Source: Carcharhinus amblyrhynchos (lineage: Eukaryota). Taken from it: a stretch of DNA of 64,000 nucleotides. Below are positions 13,917 to 27,049 of this stretch, in pieces. The notes under the pieces were generated by a model. The model worked only from the letters and a program-made list of their open reading frames with translations. It had not been told where the DNA came from and made no database searches. Where the stretch lies: NCBI GenBank assembly GCA_965287045.1, contig OZ336882.1, forward strand, positions 81,158,001 through 81,222,000, read 5' to 3'. Each line of letters starts with the position of its first letter. Position 1 is the first letter of the stretch. The position numbers and the translations under genes were made by a program.

Positions 13917-14039
13917 GGCTTTAACCTCCGGAGCGGACGAAGACACAAAGTCAACTTTAAATGTTTAAACGCAATTTCCTCCATTCAGCAGCAATTTAAA
14001 CAACAGTAAATATTTACCATGCATAAATACTCACTATCT

Positions 14040-14700
14040 GTTGCTTGCTTTAAGAAGCAACAGTTGCATAAGGCAGTATTTACAGTGAAGGCAGCACCTG
14101 TGGCGTGAGGCAGCACTTACAGCGAAAGCTTTATGGCATACCATTGACGCTATGCAGCAGCTGCAGCGTAACAAACTCATGTGGAGTAAGGAATGATCTG
14201 CGGTCCAACACTGTGTATACACTGCAATGCTAAACCTGTGGTGTAAGTAATTAGCTCCAGTGTAAAACGTTTCGTGTAATGCAAAATCTGTGGTTCAAGG
14301 TAATACCTGTGATGTATGCCAATACCCGCAACGTAAGTTAGAACGTTTGATGTCAGGCATAATTGTTTGTGGGCAGAGAATGTGGGGAATGGCTGCGCCT
14401 GTGCTGATGTCTCGCACCTCTGTTGTAGGGCAGAAATTTTGGTGTAAGACAACACATGCAATCTGTTGCAGTTTCTGCGTTTCAGGCGGGATCTGGTTTG
14501 ATTCATTGGCCCGAACAGGCGTTGGGGTGTGGTGAATGAGGGATTTTCAAAATACTTTATTGCAGTGTTAATGAAGGCCTTACTTGCAATTAATAAATAT
14601 ACTTTATCGGCAGTGTTAGCTGTCACCTGTGGTGCATGACACTGATTGTAGAGTAAAGAAATAGCTTCAGTGTCAAACAGCACCTTTGTATGACTCACCT
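14040..14700. repeat. Degenerate ~19-bp minisatellite (consensus ~ggcagtacctgtggtgtaa)
   Basis: Recurrent units such as aggcagcacctgtggcgtg, cctgtggtgtaag and tctgtggttcaaggtaatacctgtg. Confidence 0.7.
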
Positions 14701-14789
14701 CGAGAATTCACAGTGTTTTAGTGATGTCTTCGATGCTACTCTGTCTCTTCAATAGTTTCTTAATGAAAGAGCATCCCCCTGCCCTCTTT

Positions 14790-15560
14790 AACAGTGGACC
14801 AAAGTGTACAGAGGATGCTGATTGTTTGCAAAGGAATTTCGATAATTTAAGTGAGCGGACAAGGGTCTGTCAGATGGAGTACAATGTTGTTAAATGTGAG
14901 GTCATCCATTTTGGAAGGAATAACAGCAAAATGGATTATTATTTAATTGTAAAACAAATTACAGCATGCTTCCTGGGCAGAGGACTTGTGTGTCCTTGTG
15001 GATGAATCTCAAGGAGTTATCTATCCTTAAAAACATTTAATGAGGTAGCCTCAACTACTTCACTGGGTAGGGAGTTCTACAGATTCACAACTCCATGTGT
15101 GACTAAGTTCCTCCTCAACTCAAGTTCCTCCTCAACTCAGCCCTAAATCTGCTTCCCCTTATTTTGAGGCCATGCCCCCTAGTTCTAGTTTCACCTGCCA
15201 GTGGAAACAACTTCCCTGCTTCTATCTTAATTGTTCTCTTCATAATTATTCCTTCATAATCGTATATGTTTCGACAAGATTCCAATGAGCATAGCACCAG
15301 TCTACTCAGTGTCTCGTCATAAGCCAACACTCTCAACTCCAGAATCAACCTAGTGAAGCTCCTCTGCATCCCCTCCAGTGCCAGTATATCCTTTCTCAAG
15401 TAAGGAGACCAAAACTATACAGACCATTCTAGGCGTGGCCTCATCAGAACCTTAACAACTGCAACATAACCTCGCTGTTTCTAAACTCCACCCCTCCAGC
15501 AATGAAGACAAAGTTACATTTGCCTTCTTAATTACCTGCTCCACCTGCAAACCAACTCCA
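14790..15560. mobile_element. CR1 (HER1-like) LINE fragment with internal inversion
   Basis: + part encodes MEYNVVKCEVIHFGRNN and ends ...gaatctcaaggagtt; - part (15019..15560) continues GVGLQVEQVIKKAN and KDILALEGMQRSFTRLI. Confidence 0.85.
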
Positions 15561-16110
15561 AAGACTGCCCACAGTCTACAAGGCACAAGCCAGGAGTATT
15601 GATAGAATACTTCCCAATTGCCTGGATGGGCGCAGCTCCAACGGCATTCGGGAAGCTGGTAACATCCACGACAAAGCATGGTGTTTGATTGGCACCACAA
15701 CCACAAAGATCCAATCCGTCCACCACCGACGCTCAGTAGCAATAGCGTGTACTATCATCAAGATGGACTGCAAAAAATGAACAAAGATCTTACACAGCAC
15801 CTTTCAAACTCAAGGCCACTTCCATCTAGAAGGGTAAAGGCAGCAGATACCTAGGAACACCAACACATGTAAGTTTCCCTCCAAACAATTTACTACCATG
15901 ACTTCGAAATATATCACCGTTCTTTCGAAGTTGCTTGGACAAAATCCGGAAGTTCCTTTCCTAACGGCATTGTGGATCAATCAATAGCACGCAGACTGCA
16001 GTGTTTCAAGAAGGCTGCTCCACACCAACATGTCATCTGCAACTTCGGCTGGGCAATAAATGTTTGCCAGCCAGCAATGCCCATGTCCCAGGCATGAGTA
16101 CAAACAAATA
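15561..16110 (+). mobile_element. CR1/L2-group LINE 3' end (YKAQ-R-EY-P-AWMGAAPT type)
   Basis: gtctacaaggcacaagccaggagtattgatagaatacttcccaattgcctggatgggcgcagctccaac; tail gggcaataaatgtttgccagccagcaatgccc. Confidence 0.7.
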
Positions 16111-16179
16111 TATTGCCCTGTTCCAATTTATCCGCAGCACATGTGACACCTTGAAACGAGTCCAATAAATTGATTCAGC

Positions 16180-16790
16180 AATATTTAATTTATGGAAAAC
16201 GATGTTCCCCCTGCCTGGTTGCATTCATTTTTCCAAATTCCTGCTGTAACATCTTTAATAATGGTTTCCACCATTTTCCGATGTCAGATACGCTAACTGC
16301 CAAATCGTGCCCTACTTTCTGGCTCGCTCCCTTTTTTTTTACGTAAACGAGTTACATTTGCTCACTTCCGATCTAATGGATCCTTCCCCGAATCCAGGGA
16401 TTTTGTAAAGTCAAAGCCAATGTTTCAGCAATCTCATTAGCAAACTCTGTCAAGACATTAGTGTGAGGTCAATCCAGACCATCGGAATTCTCAGTTCGCG
16501 TATGGTATTTGCTCAATGCCACTTTTCTGGTGATTGTAAATTTCCTGAGTTCCTCCTTCCTTTCCATTTTCTTAATTACAGCTATTAAATTGATTTTTTT
16601 TTTGAGTCATCTATTGTGAAAATAGATGAAAAATACTTGTTTAATTTGCCCATTAGAACTATACTCTCCGTTACGAATACGCCATAAGCACGTTCTATGC
16701 AACCAATGCCCATTTTGTTAACTCTTATTTAACGATCTGTAGACACTCTTTCATTCAGTTTTCATTTTATTGACTAACTTTTCCTTGTAC
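16180..16790 (-). mobile_element. Old CR1 fragment
   Basis: Degenerate reverse match to the PEDWKIANVTPLFKKG...NYRPVSLTS coding region. Confidence 0.5.
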
Positions 16791-18762
16791 ACTCAACTGT
16801 TCGCGCCCATCCGGACTGGCCGTTACATGGGAGTCTCTAACGATGTGGAATTTCGCCTTGGCAGCACCCCATCATTCAATGTCTCATTAATGATTGATAA
16901 AGGATTAAATAACCAGAAAGAATGACTGATGTTATTACAAAATTCAATTTCAACGTTGAATGAACATGCGAGGTTTGTAAAAAAAAAAGTTCCTGGAAAA
17001 GAAAGTTATGATGACACAGGTTTATTAAGGATGCTATTCTACACAAGCGCAAGGTTGAAATTAAGGTAACACCTAACTGATATTCTTGGGAAATCCAGAT
17101 ATAGTAGTGTCCTGATTTCAGTCTCTCAGCCAAATCGTAAAGAAAATCAGTTAAATACATTCTTTACTGTACTAATTATTGTGTTAAAGCTAAAATAAAA
17201 CTCCCTACAAATGAAAATATTTGGTTTATTTTATTGATCGATTCAGACTTGATGAATCGATACATGAACAGTACTTTGGTGTTGTGTCTGAATATATCGT
17301 TTAAAACACAAACGACGTGATTTTTCAGCTGCTTCTTTCGGAACTTGACGCAATGTTGTTTGCAACAAGGTTATCAAATAATTTAAACTTTCTCAAACTG
17401 ATTTAATAATTAGCAATGGATATATTAAACATGCAGGCTTGTTACTCAATTCTGGAACTGACCACTGCTGCACCAATGACTTGAACTAACATTCTAAACA
17501 TACTTTCCCAAAATTGTCACTTCCCAGCTAAACAAGATAGAAAGATAAGATGAATGTCACGACAATAGACAAGAAGAACCATGCAATCTAGCAGGAATAT
17601 CCTGCAGGAATGCCTCATCAATCCAATGCTAATGGAGTTAGTGAAGATAAATTCAGCACTAACCCATATCCCTTCAACATCTATCGTGAACTTCTTTCGG
17701 ATTCCGAACTTCATCCGTTTTTATGCATTGCACTCTCCATAACCAGTTTACATATTTCATTTGGAAATTTTGGCCTTGTTTTGCGATCATGCTCCTGAGC
17801 ATTTGACCATGCCTGCAGCATGTTTGCTACTTCATGATCACAATTATGATCTGGCGGTTCCCTGAGGGAATGCATTGAATTTGATACAACAAATGTTTCT
17901 TTTCTGTAGGTGTGGTGGGGTTGCGGGTTGGGTGGTTGATGGTTGGAGCAGTTTGACATCTCTGTCCACCCTGGATTATTCGGGTGTTCAGAGTCGTGTT
18001 AAAATGATCAGACACATTTACGCCTCTATTCAATATAAGCAAGGAAACACGAACCAACAACAGAAACCAACCTATCAAGCCTTAACTGCATTTCGCTGGC
18101 TTTCACTAGTTCGATTTCATATCAGGTTGATATTTGTCGAGTTGTGCCCACATGTATTACATGAAGGAATACGAAATGCATAGACACAGGCAGCATCTAT
18201 TAGTTCAGGATCCGAAAACTGAAAAGAGTTAAAAGAATCAATAAAAAAAAACGACTAACAGTGACGGAACGCCTTTAAAAGGAGAACTAGGGGACAATGG
18301 AATTCGCCGATGCATATTTCTGAAATATTAAACATAAACATAAACATGTGGGTGAATAAAAATATAGGTTGATGATGTTGATAGACGGCGGAAAAAAAAC
18401 ATATTGGAACTATTTATTTGGCTGGTGGGTAAAATCCAGCAATATTTCGCTCGTCGGAATGATCTGTTCCTCTGTTATATAATTCCGGAATTTTCAAGGC
18501 CGGCTGAGAGCGAAGTTAAGAGCTCGAAAAATTAATTTGACCTCATAAGGATGAACCAAGAGACAGTACTATCTTCTATTAGCATCAGAAACAAGAGAGA
18601 ACAAAACCTGATAGGGGGAAACCGGGATTTGTATTATTACAAACAGATAGCGGATATAGCAGAACATGTACACAATTCCAGTGTTTCTAATCTCAATGAA
18701 TTTATCAGGCAATTCAACAGAATATATTACTTCAGTGGATGAAATGTGAGGCAGTTTGTGGT

Positions 18763-19080
18763 GGGAAGATGATATAGTGGTTAGCATTGCTGCGTTAAAC
18801 ATCAGGGACCTGGGTTCGATTCCTGGCTTGAGTCACTTTCATGTGCGGAGTTTGTACGCTCTCTCCGTGTTTACGAGGGTTTCGTCAGGGTGTTCCTGTT
18901 TCCTTTCAAATTCCAAAGATGTGCAGGCTAGGCGGATTGGCGATGCTGCACTTCCACTTAGTGTCAGAGGTACATAGGGTATATACATGGGAATAAGGGG
19001 ATAGGATATGGGTGGGACTGTGGTCGGTACAGACTCGATGAACATAATGGCCTCCTTCTGCATTGTAGGTTTCTATGATA
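18763..19080 (+). mobile_element. HE1-type SINE just 3' of gene 2
   Basis: gtggttagcattgctgc...cagggacctgggttcgattcctggcttgagtcac; tail ggcctccttctgcattgtaggtttctatga. Confidence 0.85.
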
Positions 19081-19310
19081 AACACTGATTGTCACTTTAT
19101 CAGTTACATAGCTGAGCCTCAGTTTGCCTTTGAATCTCGGATGTAAATACATTGCTTTAGCAGGGAATCGATCTGTTCCAATTGGAGAGCATTGGATATG
19201 AAATACAAGCTACTAAGCTTTCCGACTTTTCTTTTCTCAGAACAATATATCTTGGCAGTTCGAACTGAAAGAGATGTATTCTATGACGAATCGAGGGTTA
19301 TAATTATGTT

Positions 19311-20242
19311 CTAACTGGGGCCGATAGCTTTGGGTTGATTTTTCATATTTTTAACCAATGAAGAAATAAATATCCAAGGAGATTTCACCAAGTGAATCAT
19401 TTCCTCCCTGAATTTCGTTTGTGTCGCAGCATAAATGCACGTATTTGCACAAAACTTCAGCTGAGTAAGCATATATCCTGTTTCATTGGCAATATAAGCA
19501 GGATCTGTATAGACAGGTCGGATATTTATGACCAGGGCGTCAGTCCACTGACTCACCACCGATGTCAGACTCAGCAATATAAAATTGGCGGACACAGCGA
19601 AGAGTAAAATAATGGATTTCCTTCGGTTTTCCATCTCTGGATCACGCTGATTCCCAATCCTGAGAGCACAGAGTCTCCTGCGGGCAATATTTGTCACTAC
19701 AATGCGTCTGACTGTTAAACTATTAAACAGCAATATTAAAGAAAAGGGGATCAATGACAATAAAATACTTTGAAATCTGAAGTATGCTCCACCTGCTGGT
19801 GATTTTAAAAAAGCCGCACTGGGTATGAAACCCCATCGAACATTATTAATTATTTGTTTATGTTGAAATGCAAACCAAAAAGGAATGTTCTCTAAACACA
19901 GAAATATTGAAACTATGGTTACGACGATAGATGCAGCTTTTACTGTGCAATATCTGGTTTTCAGTTCCGGGCTACAGATAGCTACAAACCGGTCAAATGT
20001 AAATCCAACCGGAAACCACGCAGACAAACCAACGTTGACACAAGTCAAGTACAACATAAGCTTACAAATGACAGTGTAGGAGAGAAATGAATATGGAAAG
20101 CGTTGCTGGACAATTTGACGTACAATTCGATAGACGAGTGTAGTCAGTAGATCCACTGATGCCATGGCCACCATATAAGTAGAGATACTTTTCGAAAGGT
20201 GGCAGTTTCCTCTGCAGAGGGTCACTATTGTTAGCAGGTTCA
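19311..20242 (-). CDS. GPCR gene 2, coding exon 2; spliced product 333 aa, GPR139/GPR142-like
   Basis: Acceptor ctttcttacag|TG; MVAMASVD, FTFDRF, DPEMENRRKS and NTCIY motifs; open to TAG. Confidence 0.92.
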
Positions 20243-21059
20243 CTGTAAGAAAGCGAGAGAGGAGTCAAATAAGGGGTACAAATCTCACCATATATTGTGG
20301 GACCACGCAGATATATAGTTGCTAATAAGTTGAAGCGCGTTTTCATTTTTAAATATTATTGGACACAGAACACTTGTAATGTGACTTCATTCAGAAGGTA
20401 GACGATCGGCTTCAAGAAGGGCAACGGTAAATAAGAACAGCCTGCTTGTAGTTGAAACCCAAACAACGGTGATTCAAGGCGAGGTGGAAGGGGCTGATGA
20501 AGGGGGCAGTGACTTCAGACGATGATGCGAAAGCGAAAGCTTTGGACAGACATCATTCTTCTCCATTGATTTCTTTCCTCAGGTTGGCACATTTAAAGTG
20601 CAACATAAAATAAAGAACGGCATTGCTTCGATCGCGTTGAAATTCAGGAAAGCTGAAAGGTGAGCAGCAAGACATGACACTTACACTTAAATAGTTCCTT
20701 TAGCTTTATAAATCATACACAGAAGTTTCATAAAACTGTTGTAAATCGTGAACATCGGGTCATGAACAGAGACATTGTTAGTTTAAGTGAAAACGTGAAA
20801 AAAAAACAGACCAATGTTAACGACCATCTTGAAGGAGAGAATATAGGTAAAGAGGCGGCTGACAGATTTTAATTTCTCCAATTTCTCCTCCATGCAATTT
20901 GTTTTTTTTTGGATGATGTCCACGGGGAGTACTTTGCAGGTGAGAGTATAAAGTGGGCAGGGACAGGTCCTTAATCCGAGGTCTGCATAAGAGTGAAAGG
21001 TTCAGAGGTGGGAAGTGAAACAATTTCAATTGAATTTATGGCTCTACTCAAATAACTAA

Positions 21060-22000
21060 GAAGGATATTGAATCATAAAATAGTTCGGTCTCGTTGAAGG
21101 AGCCCATGTGTTCATCATGTCTGTACATTGTTACCGAATGAGCAATTCACCCAATGCCATTTTCTGCATTGCACACGTTAACCTGCATTTCCTTATCTTT
21201 CAGACAACATTCTAATTCTATTTTTATAGTTTCAGTTGAACTTGCCTCCACCATAATCCCTGACACTGCATCACAAAGCCTAAATACGTATCACATTTAG
21301 GAAGTAATTGATCATTATATCACCACCGCACAATTTGCGATATAAATCCAATCCATGCCCTCTGGTCATCGATTTTATCAAAAGGGGGAACTGTTTCTCC
21401 CAACGTACTACACTCAACATTTTGAATTCTTTAATCAAGTTTCCTCACTTTTTTTGTTTCTGTGAGACAGAAAATCATTATTGCTTCAACCTACATTCAC
21501 AACTGAAGTTCCTCAACGCTGCAACAATTCTTGTCATGTTGGCTGCACTATTTCTAATGCCTGCACATACTTTTTAAAGTGTGTCACCTGGATGTCGCCG
21601 ATATATTCTATTTGTGGTTGAAATAATGACTTATATAAATTCCAGTCAAACTCCTGGCTCTTGTACCCCTACCCTGATGAATAGCACCCCGAATGTTGTA
21701 CGGTTTATGCACATTTGCCTCAGCAATCTCCACCTCCTTCTATAATTTATACAGAGATACACCTCGGTCCAATTTCTCCTCAATATTTTTACTCGATGTC
21801 TTGTCTTGTCTCTCCATGTCCTTCCAACCAAAACGAAATTATTCACATTACTCTGCATTGAAATTAATTTACCAGCTGCCTACTCTTTGCAAGAACACGT
21901 TAGCGTTACTTCTCATTTCGACACGACCCCTTTATTAGCTCACAATGCTTGCAAGCTTTGTATAATCTGCCAACTTCGAAATGTTGTACCGAAAATTCGC
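21060..22000 (-). mobile_element. Highly decayed CR1 3' fragment in gene 2 intron
   Basis: Degenerate reverse similarity to the CR1 RT C-terminus (e.g. ctttgtataatctgccaactt corresponds to KFADDTK). Confidence 0.5.
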
Positions 22001-22129
22001 AATGCATTAATATCAGGAAGAACAAGTTTTCTAATAGTGATTTCTGGGGAATCCCCAAGCGAAACTTTATTGAATTCAAATGAAATATCTTTGGGTTGGA
22101 CGGTGTGGGGAGTGGGTGGCGGCGTTTGG

Positions 22130-22465
22130 GGTGGTACAGTGGCACAGTGTTTCGCGTTGCTGCCTCACAACGTTAGTGGCCAGCGGTCAATTATTGCCTT
22201 CTGTGTCTATGTGGAGTTTGCACAATCTTCCTATGCGTGAATAGGTTCCCTCCGGGGGCTCCGGTTTCCTGCCACAGTCCAAAGATGTACACGTTAGATT
22301 TATGAGTTTCTTCTCGCTGCCCCAGTATATGTAAAGGTTTTGGCGGGGTAATTACGCGCAGTTTCGGGCGTAGGGCCTGAATAATGTGCCCGAACCAAGA
22401 GTTGGAAACAAACCCGACAGGACGAAAGGCCTAATTGTGCATTGTAGAATTATATATCGCTATGA
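22130..22465 (+). mobile_element. HE1-type SINE
   Basis: gtggcacagtgtttcgcgttgctgcctcacaacg...tgtggagtttgcaca...tccggtttcctgccacagtccaaagatgt. Confidence 0.8.
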
Positions 22466-22649
22466 AATTCTGCAAGCGCCTAGTTCTTATTTCCTAATCC
22501 TTGTTTGCCACTAGTATGTTGCACGGTATTGTACTAACCACTTTTACAATTCTATTCACACAGTATCAACAGAATTGTCCACACACATGTCGTATGTAAA
22601 CCCCTCAAAACATCTCCAACGTATTAGTTGAACTTGATTCTTTTCCCTG

Positions 22650-23965
22650 AGAAATACTGGTCGTTATAAGCCAGTTAGTCTTACTTCGGTGGTCGGTAAG
22701 TTCATAGAAAGGGTCCTGAGGGAAACGATTTATGGCCATTTGGAAAGATGCAACTTAATCCAGAATAGTCAGCACGTTTCGGGAGGAGTAAGCCCTGCCT
22801 CGCAAATTTGATTGATTTATTTGAGGAGGTAATTAAATGTGCATTTGAAGATAGAGCAGTTGATGTCGTATACATGGAGTTTAGTAAGGCGTTTGATAAT
22901 GTTCCCCAATGGTAGGCTCATGAAGAAAGTAAGGAGGTGTGGGATAGAATGAAATTTGGCTGATTGGATAAGTAACTGGTTGTCTCATAGAAGACAAAGG
23001 ATGTGGTGGAGGGAACATTTTCAGACTAGAGGCCAGTTACCAGCGGTGTACCACAGGGATCAGTGCTGGGTCCCCTGCTTTTTGTGATTTTTATCAATGA
23101 CTTGGAAGAGGGGGCTTATTGTGTGTTAGTAAATTTGCTGATGGCCCCAAAAGTGATGGAGTAGTGGATGAGGCGGAGGGCTCTTGTAGGCTGCAAAGAG
23201 GCATTGATAAGATGCAGAGCTTGGCCAAAAAGTGGCAGCTGCAGTTTAATCCTGATAAGTGTGAGGTGATTCATTTTGTTTGGACAAAGTTGAATGCGGA
23301 TTACAGAGTCAACGGCAGGGTTCTGAGGAATGTGGATGCACAGAGAGATCTTGGGGTTCATATCCACAGATCTCTGAAGATTGCCACTCAAGTGGATAGA
23401 ACATGAAGAATACTTATAGTGTGTCAGCGTTTATTAACAGGGGGTTTGAGTTTAAGAGTCGTGGGGTTATGCTGCAACTATACAGGGCCTTGGTGAGACC
23501 ACATTTGGAATATTGTGCGCAGTTCTGGTCACCTCACTATAAGAAGGATATGGAAGCATTGGAGAGAGGAGGTTAAGCGGGATACTGCCAGGTTTGGAGG
23601 ATATGTCTTATGAGGAAATGTTGAGGGAGCTGGGACTTTACGCTTTAGAGCGGCGGAGGATGAGAGGCGACTTAATGGATGTTTTCACGTTGATGAGGGG
23701 GACAGATAGAGTGGACATGCAGAGACCATTTCCTTGTCTGGATGTAACTGTTACTAGGGGGCATAACTGTAATGTTCATGGTGGGGAGAGATAGGAAGAA
23801 CTTGCGAGGTAGATTCTTTACTCAGAGAGTGGTTGGGGTTATTGGATAGGCACATGGAACACACAAGAATGATAGGGAATGGAGTAGCTTGATCTTGGGT
23901 TCAGACACAGCTTGGCACAACAGCGAGGGCCGAAAGGCCTGCACCGTGCTGTTCTATGTTCTATC
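22650..23965 (+). mobile_element. 5'-truncated CR1 (HER1-like) LINE with frameshifts
   Basis: Encodes [31 protein letters not shown] and FNPDKCEVIHF; tail gttctatgttctat. Confidence 0.9.
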
Positions 23966-24639
23966 CATCAGAATGAAACGTGTGTATGCAGTTCCAGTCA
24001 GATACCAAGTCGTGTGGAATGTTGAAGGAGACAAGCTTGGTAAAATATTCCCTTTCGAATAGTAAAAACGAATATTTTTCTCTTTGAAAAAATTCCTTTT
24101 GGCAATGTTCCTGGAGTCAAACTTTATTGGAAAGTTTCAAGTGTGGAGATTGAAATGTTTTACCCTGATTGGGAAGGCGACAATGTGTTCACAGAATTTA
24201 CAGAGGTAAAGGGACTTGGAAATGTGGCAGTGGTTTGAATGGATCATGGGATAAAAGACATTTCTTATCTTTGAGGGAGATGCCAATGAAGTGAATACTT
24301 TCAACGGAAGAATGGTGACCATTAATAGTATCAGCCAACAAAGGGAGCAACAGAGGATGTTGCATGGTCTGAAATGTGGACTGAATGATCCAGGAAGCTA
24401 GAACGTGGGTCTCTTGATGAGTTTAAAGAAGGAATCTGAATGCATACGTGTCTATGCTGTGTTGGGCGGGAAGAACATCCCTCCTGGAACATGTACAGCA
24501 TGATCCGCAGGGCCAAGATTCTATGTAATCACGGGAGGTTAATGGAACAAATTATACGATTTTACATTTGAGTCTCTTAATTGACTTGAATGCCAGCGAC
24601 AAAATTAGAGACAAATAGCATTCAACAAAATTCCAACAC

Positions 24640-25435
24640 ATTAACTGGAAATTTAAATTTAATCCGGGCAAGCATGAGATAATACGTTTTGGAAAATCCA
24701 ATGCATGTTAGGATTCTACATTAAATGGTAGAACCCTAACCAGTATGGACAGCCGGAGAGACCTGGGAGTGTAAGTCCACCGATCTCTAAACTGGCAATA
24801 CAGTTGGATAAGGTTCTCAAGAAGGCAAATGGCATGTTTGCCTTCATCGATCGGGGCATTCAGTAAAAGAATACACATGTCATGCTGCAGTTGTACAAAG
24901 CAATAGTTCGGCCTCATTTAGAACACTGTCTACAATTCTGGTCGCCACACTACCAGAAGGATGTGGATGCTTTGAAGAAGGTACAAAAGAGGTTTGCGAG
25001 GATGATGCCTGACCTGGGGAGTATTAGCTGTGAAGAGTGGTTGGATAAACACAGTTTGTTCTCACTGGAAAGATGGAGGTTGAGAGGTGACCTGTAGAGG
25101 TTTACAAGATTATGAGTGGCATGGACAGAGTGGAGAGTTCGACGCTCTTTTCTGGGGCAGAAAAGTCAAGAGTTCGGAGATATAGGTTTCAGGTGCGTGG
25201 AGAAATTTTCAGAGGAGATGCGTGAGGCAATCTATTGACAGGGAGTGTCCAGAATGCCCGGAATGCGCTGCGCAGGAAGCAGCATTTAAGGGGCGACGAT
25301 ACTAATACATATTTAGGATATGAACGGAATGATTCAGTGCATATGGTTTTATTTTTTGCAAGAATCATGATCAGCACAGCCTGTGTCTGTGCCTTTCTTT
25401 GTTCCTTGTTCGTTGTTCTACATCCATTCAAATAA
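24640..25435 (+). mobile_element. CR1 3' fragment
   Basis: ORF 24882 LQLYKAIVRPHLEHCLQFWSPHYQKDVDALKKVQKRF. Confidence 0.85.
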
Positions 25436-26030
25436 AACCTCCACTTTAGGTAATTGAATATAATTTGAAACACCTCTCTCTTTCCCTTTTATAATGTCCG
25501 AGAGGGAGAAGAGGGAAAAGAGCGTGAGCTGAATGTGAACTGGTGGAACCGGAATTGGAATGGGAACAAACAAAATGTGTTTCAAAAAAAGTATATCTCA
25601 AAGCCTCATAACCTTCGTCAGAATAATTATCAAGGGGCTGTCGTCGGAGGTCAAAGAAATCAATGGGTAAATACAACGGTTGTCATCATCTACTCATCAA
25701 TTGAGAATGGGTAACGATCCTTGTCATGTCAACGCCTCTCCAATGCCTTGAAATAACAAATCAAAACACATTCCTTTGTGATCCATTATACTATTAGAGT
25801 GGTGAGGATTCATTCCCGCCATCTCTTATTATAGGCAGCAAAGTTGAGGTCCCTCATTCTGCCGAGCAGCAGAGCGTCTCAGAGGCTGTGTGGGCTCCGA
25901 AATGTATGAATGTTCATTATGCTAACACACTAGAAATAAAACGACTCTGCAAGCACATTCTCTCTTCGATACAGAACCATTAACAGTGACATATTCAGCA
26001 CCGATTAAGCAGCAGGACATACTGACTTGC

Positions 26031-26100
26031 CTGGTGTACCAATGGCTACGAGCACGGGGTAGTAAATATCCTCGACCTGTAGAATTATTGGCCGTTCCAT
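26031..26100 (-). CDS. GPCR gene 2, coding exon 1 (MERPIILQVEDIYYPVLVAIGTP)
   Basis: acaATG, 70 nt like the paralogs, followed by CAG|gcaagt (GC donor). In frame with exon 2 (G+TG=V, then N). Confidence 0.88.
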
Positions 26101-26171
26101 TGTTTCGAACACTTTTCGCTGTCTCTCCGGTTTTACAGCTCCCATTGGAAAGTTTCTGAGATCTCTCCCAG

Positions 26172-26183
26172 TCCCCTTTTATA
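26172..26183 (-). promoter_or_regulatory. Putative TATA box TATAAAAGGGGA of gene 2
   Basis: About 72 nt upstream of the ATG; the same motif is upstream of genes 3 and 4. Confidence 0.55.
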
Positions 26184-27049
26184 GAACAATCCATGCGCAG
26201 CTGAGAAAAAAAAAACACAGCTTGCACAATACCTGTCATGTGTGACAGTCAAACAAACAAAGCACGGGTTCCACTTTGGTGCATTGAAAACGTCAATGAC
26301 AAACTTGAGCAGGTCAATCAGGAAACCTCCTGCCGACAGAATTGATAAACGGAAAGAGGTCCCAGAGGAAATGGGCCTCATTCATAAAGGTCATGAAATT
26401 GGTTCAAGATCGTCTATAAAATAGTGCACCGACAAACCAAGCAGGTTTTTTTTTGTACAGACTGAAGTTTCAGTGATCGTCTAAAAATAGATTGGTTTCT
26501 TAGGAAGAGTGCAATTAATATGACAGCAATTTGCTTTGTGTTGAAATGTGATTTAGTTACCTCTGAGTCTGGCACGATAAGTCCCATCTCAGCAAATGGC
26601 GTAGCACTGGATTATGAGCTCTCAAATGTAGAATTTGACAGACCACTTGAAAATATATGACTGTAGTCACGAAATTACTGCCATAAAATAGTTGGCACAC
26701 AATTTTAAATATGTATGCCTTCATTCCAGGGACAACACCTCCGACGAGAAAAGTAATATTGAACCTGACTAACAAAAATAGTCAATGATAAGACAAAATT
26801 GTCAAATGGAGTTACAAAGCTGAAGAAGGAAAGGTTTTAGCGTTCAAGAATTGTGATCAACAATTGTTAAGGATAGACTGAAGGAAACATACTACCAAAC
26901 CTAATGCACAAATTGTCTGTAAATGTTTCTTGAAGATAGGTAAGGGGAAGAAATTCGTGAGAGTAGCCATTCGACAAAGGTGAACGGGAATTTAAGAGAA
27001 CGTTCAAAAACAATTCAAAGACAACGTGAGAGCAAATATCTACTAAGAA

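Noticed and set aside
18770-18835. tRNA gene
   Set aside because: The A/B-box-like motifs are the head of an HE1-type SINE; no complete cloverleaf.
26135-26375. Olf/EBF-like sites (tcccattgga, tcccagagga) suggesting an olfactory promoter
   Set aside because: Each has a core mismatch and is not positionally conserved in genes 1 and 3; expected by chance.
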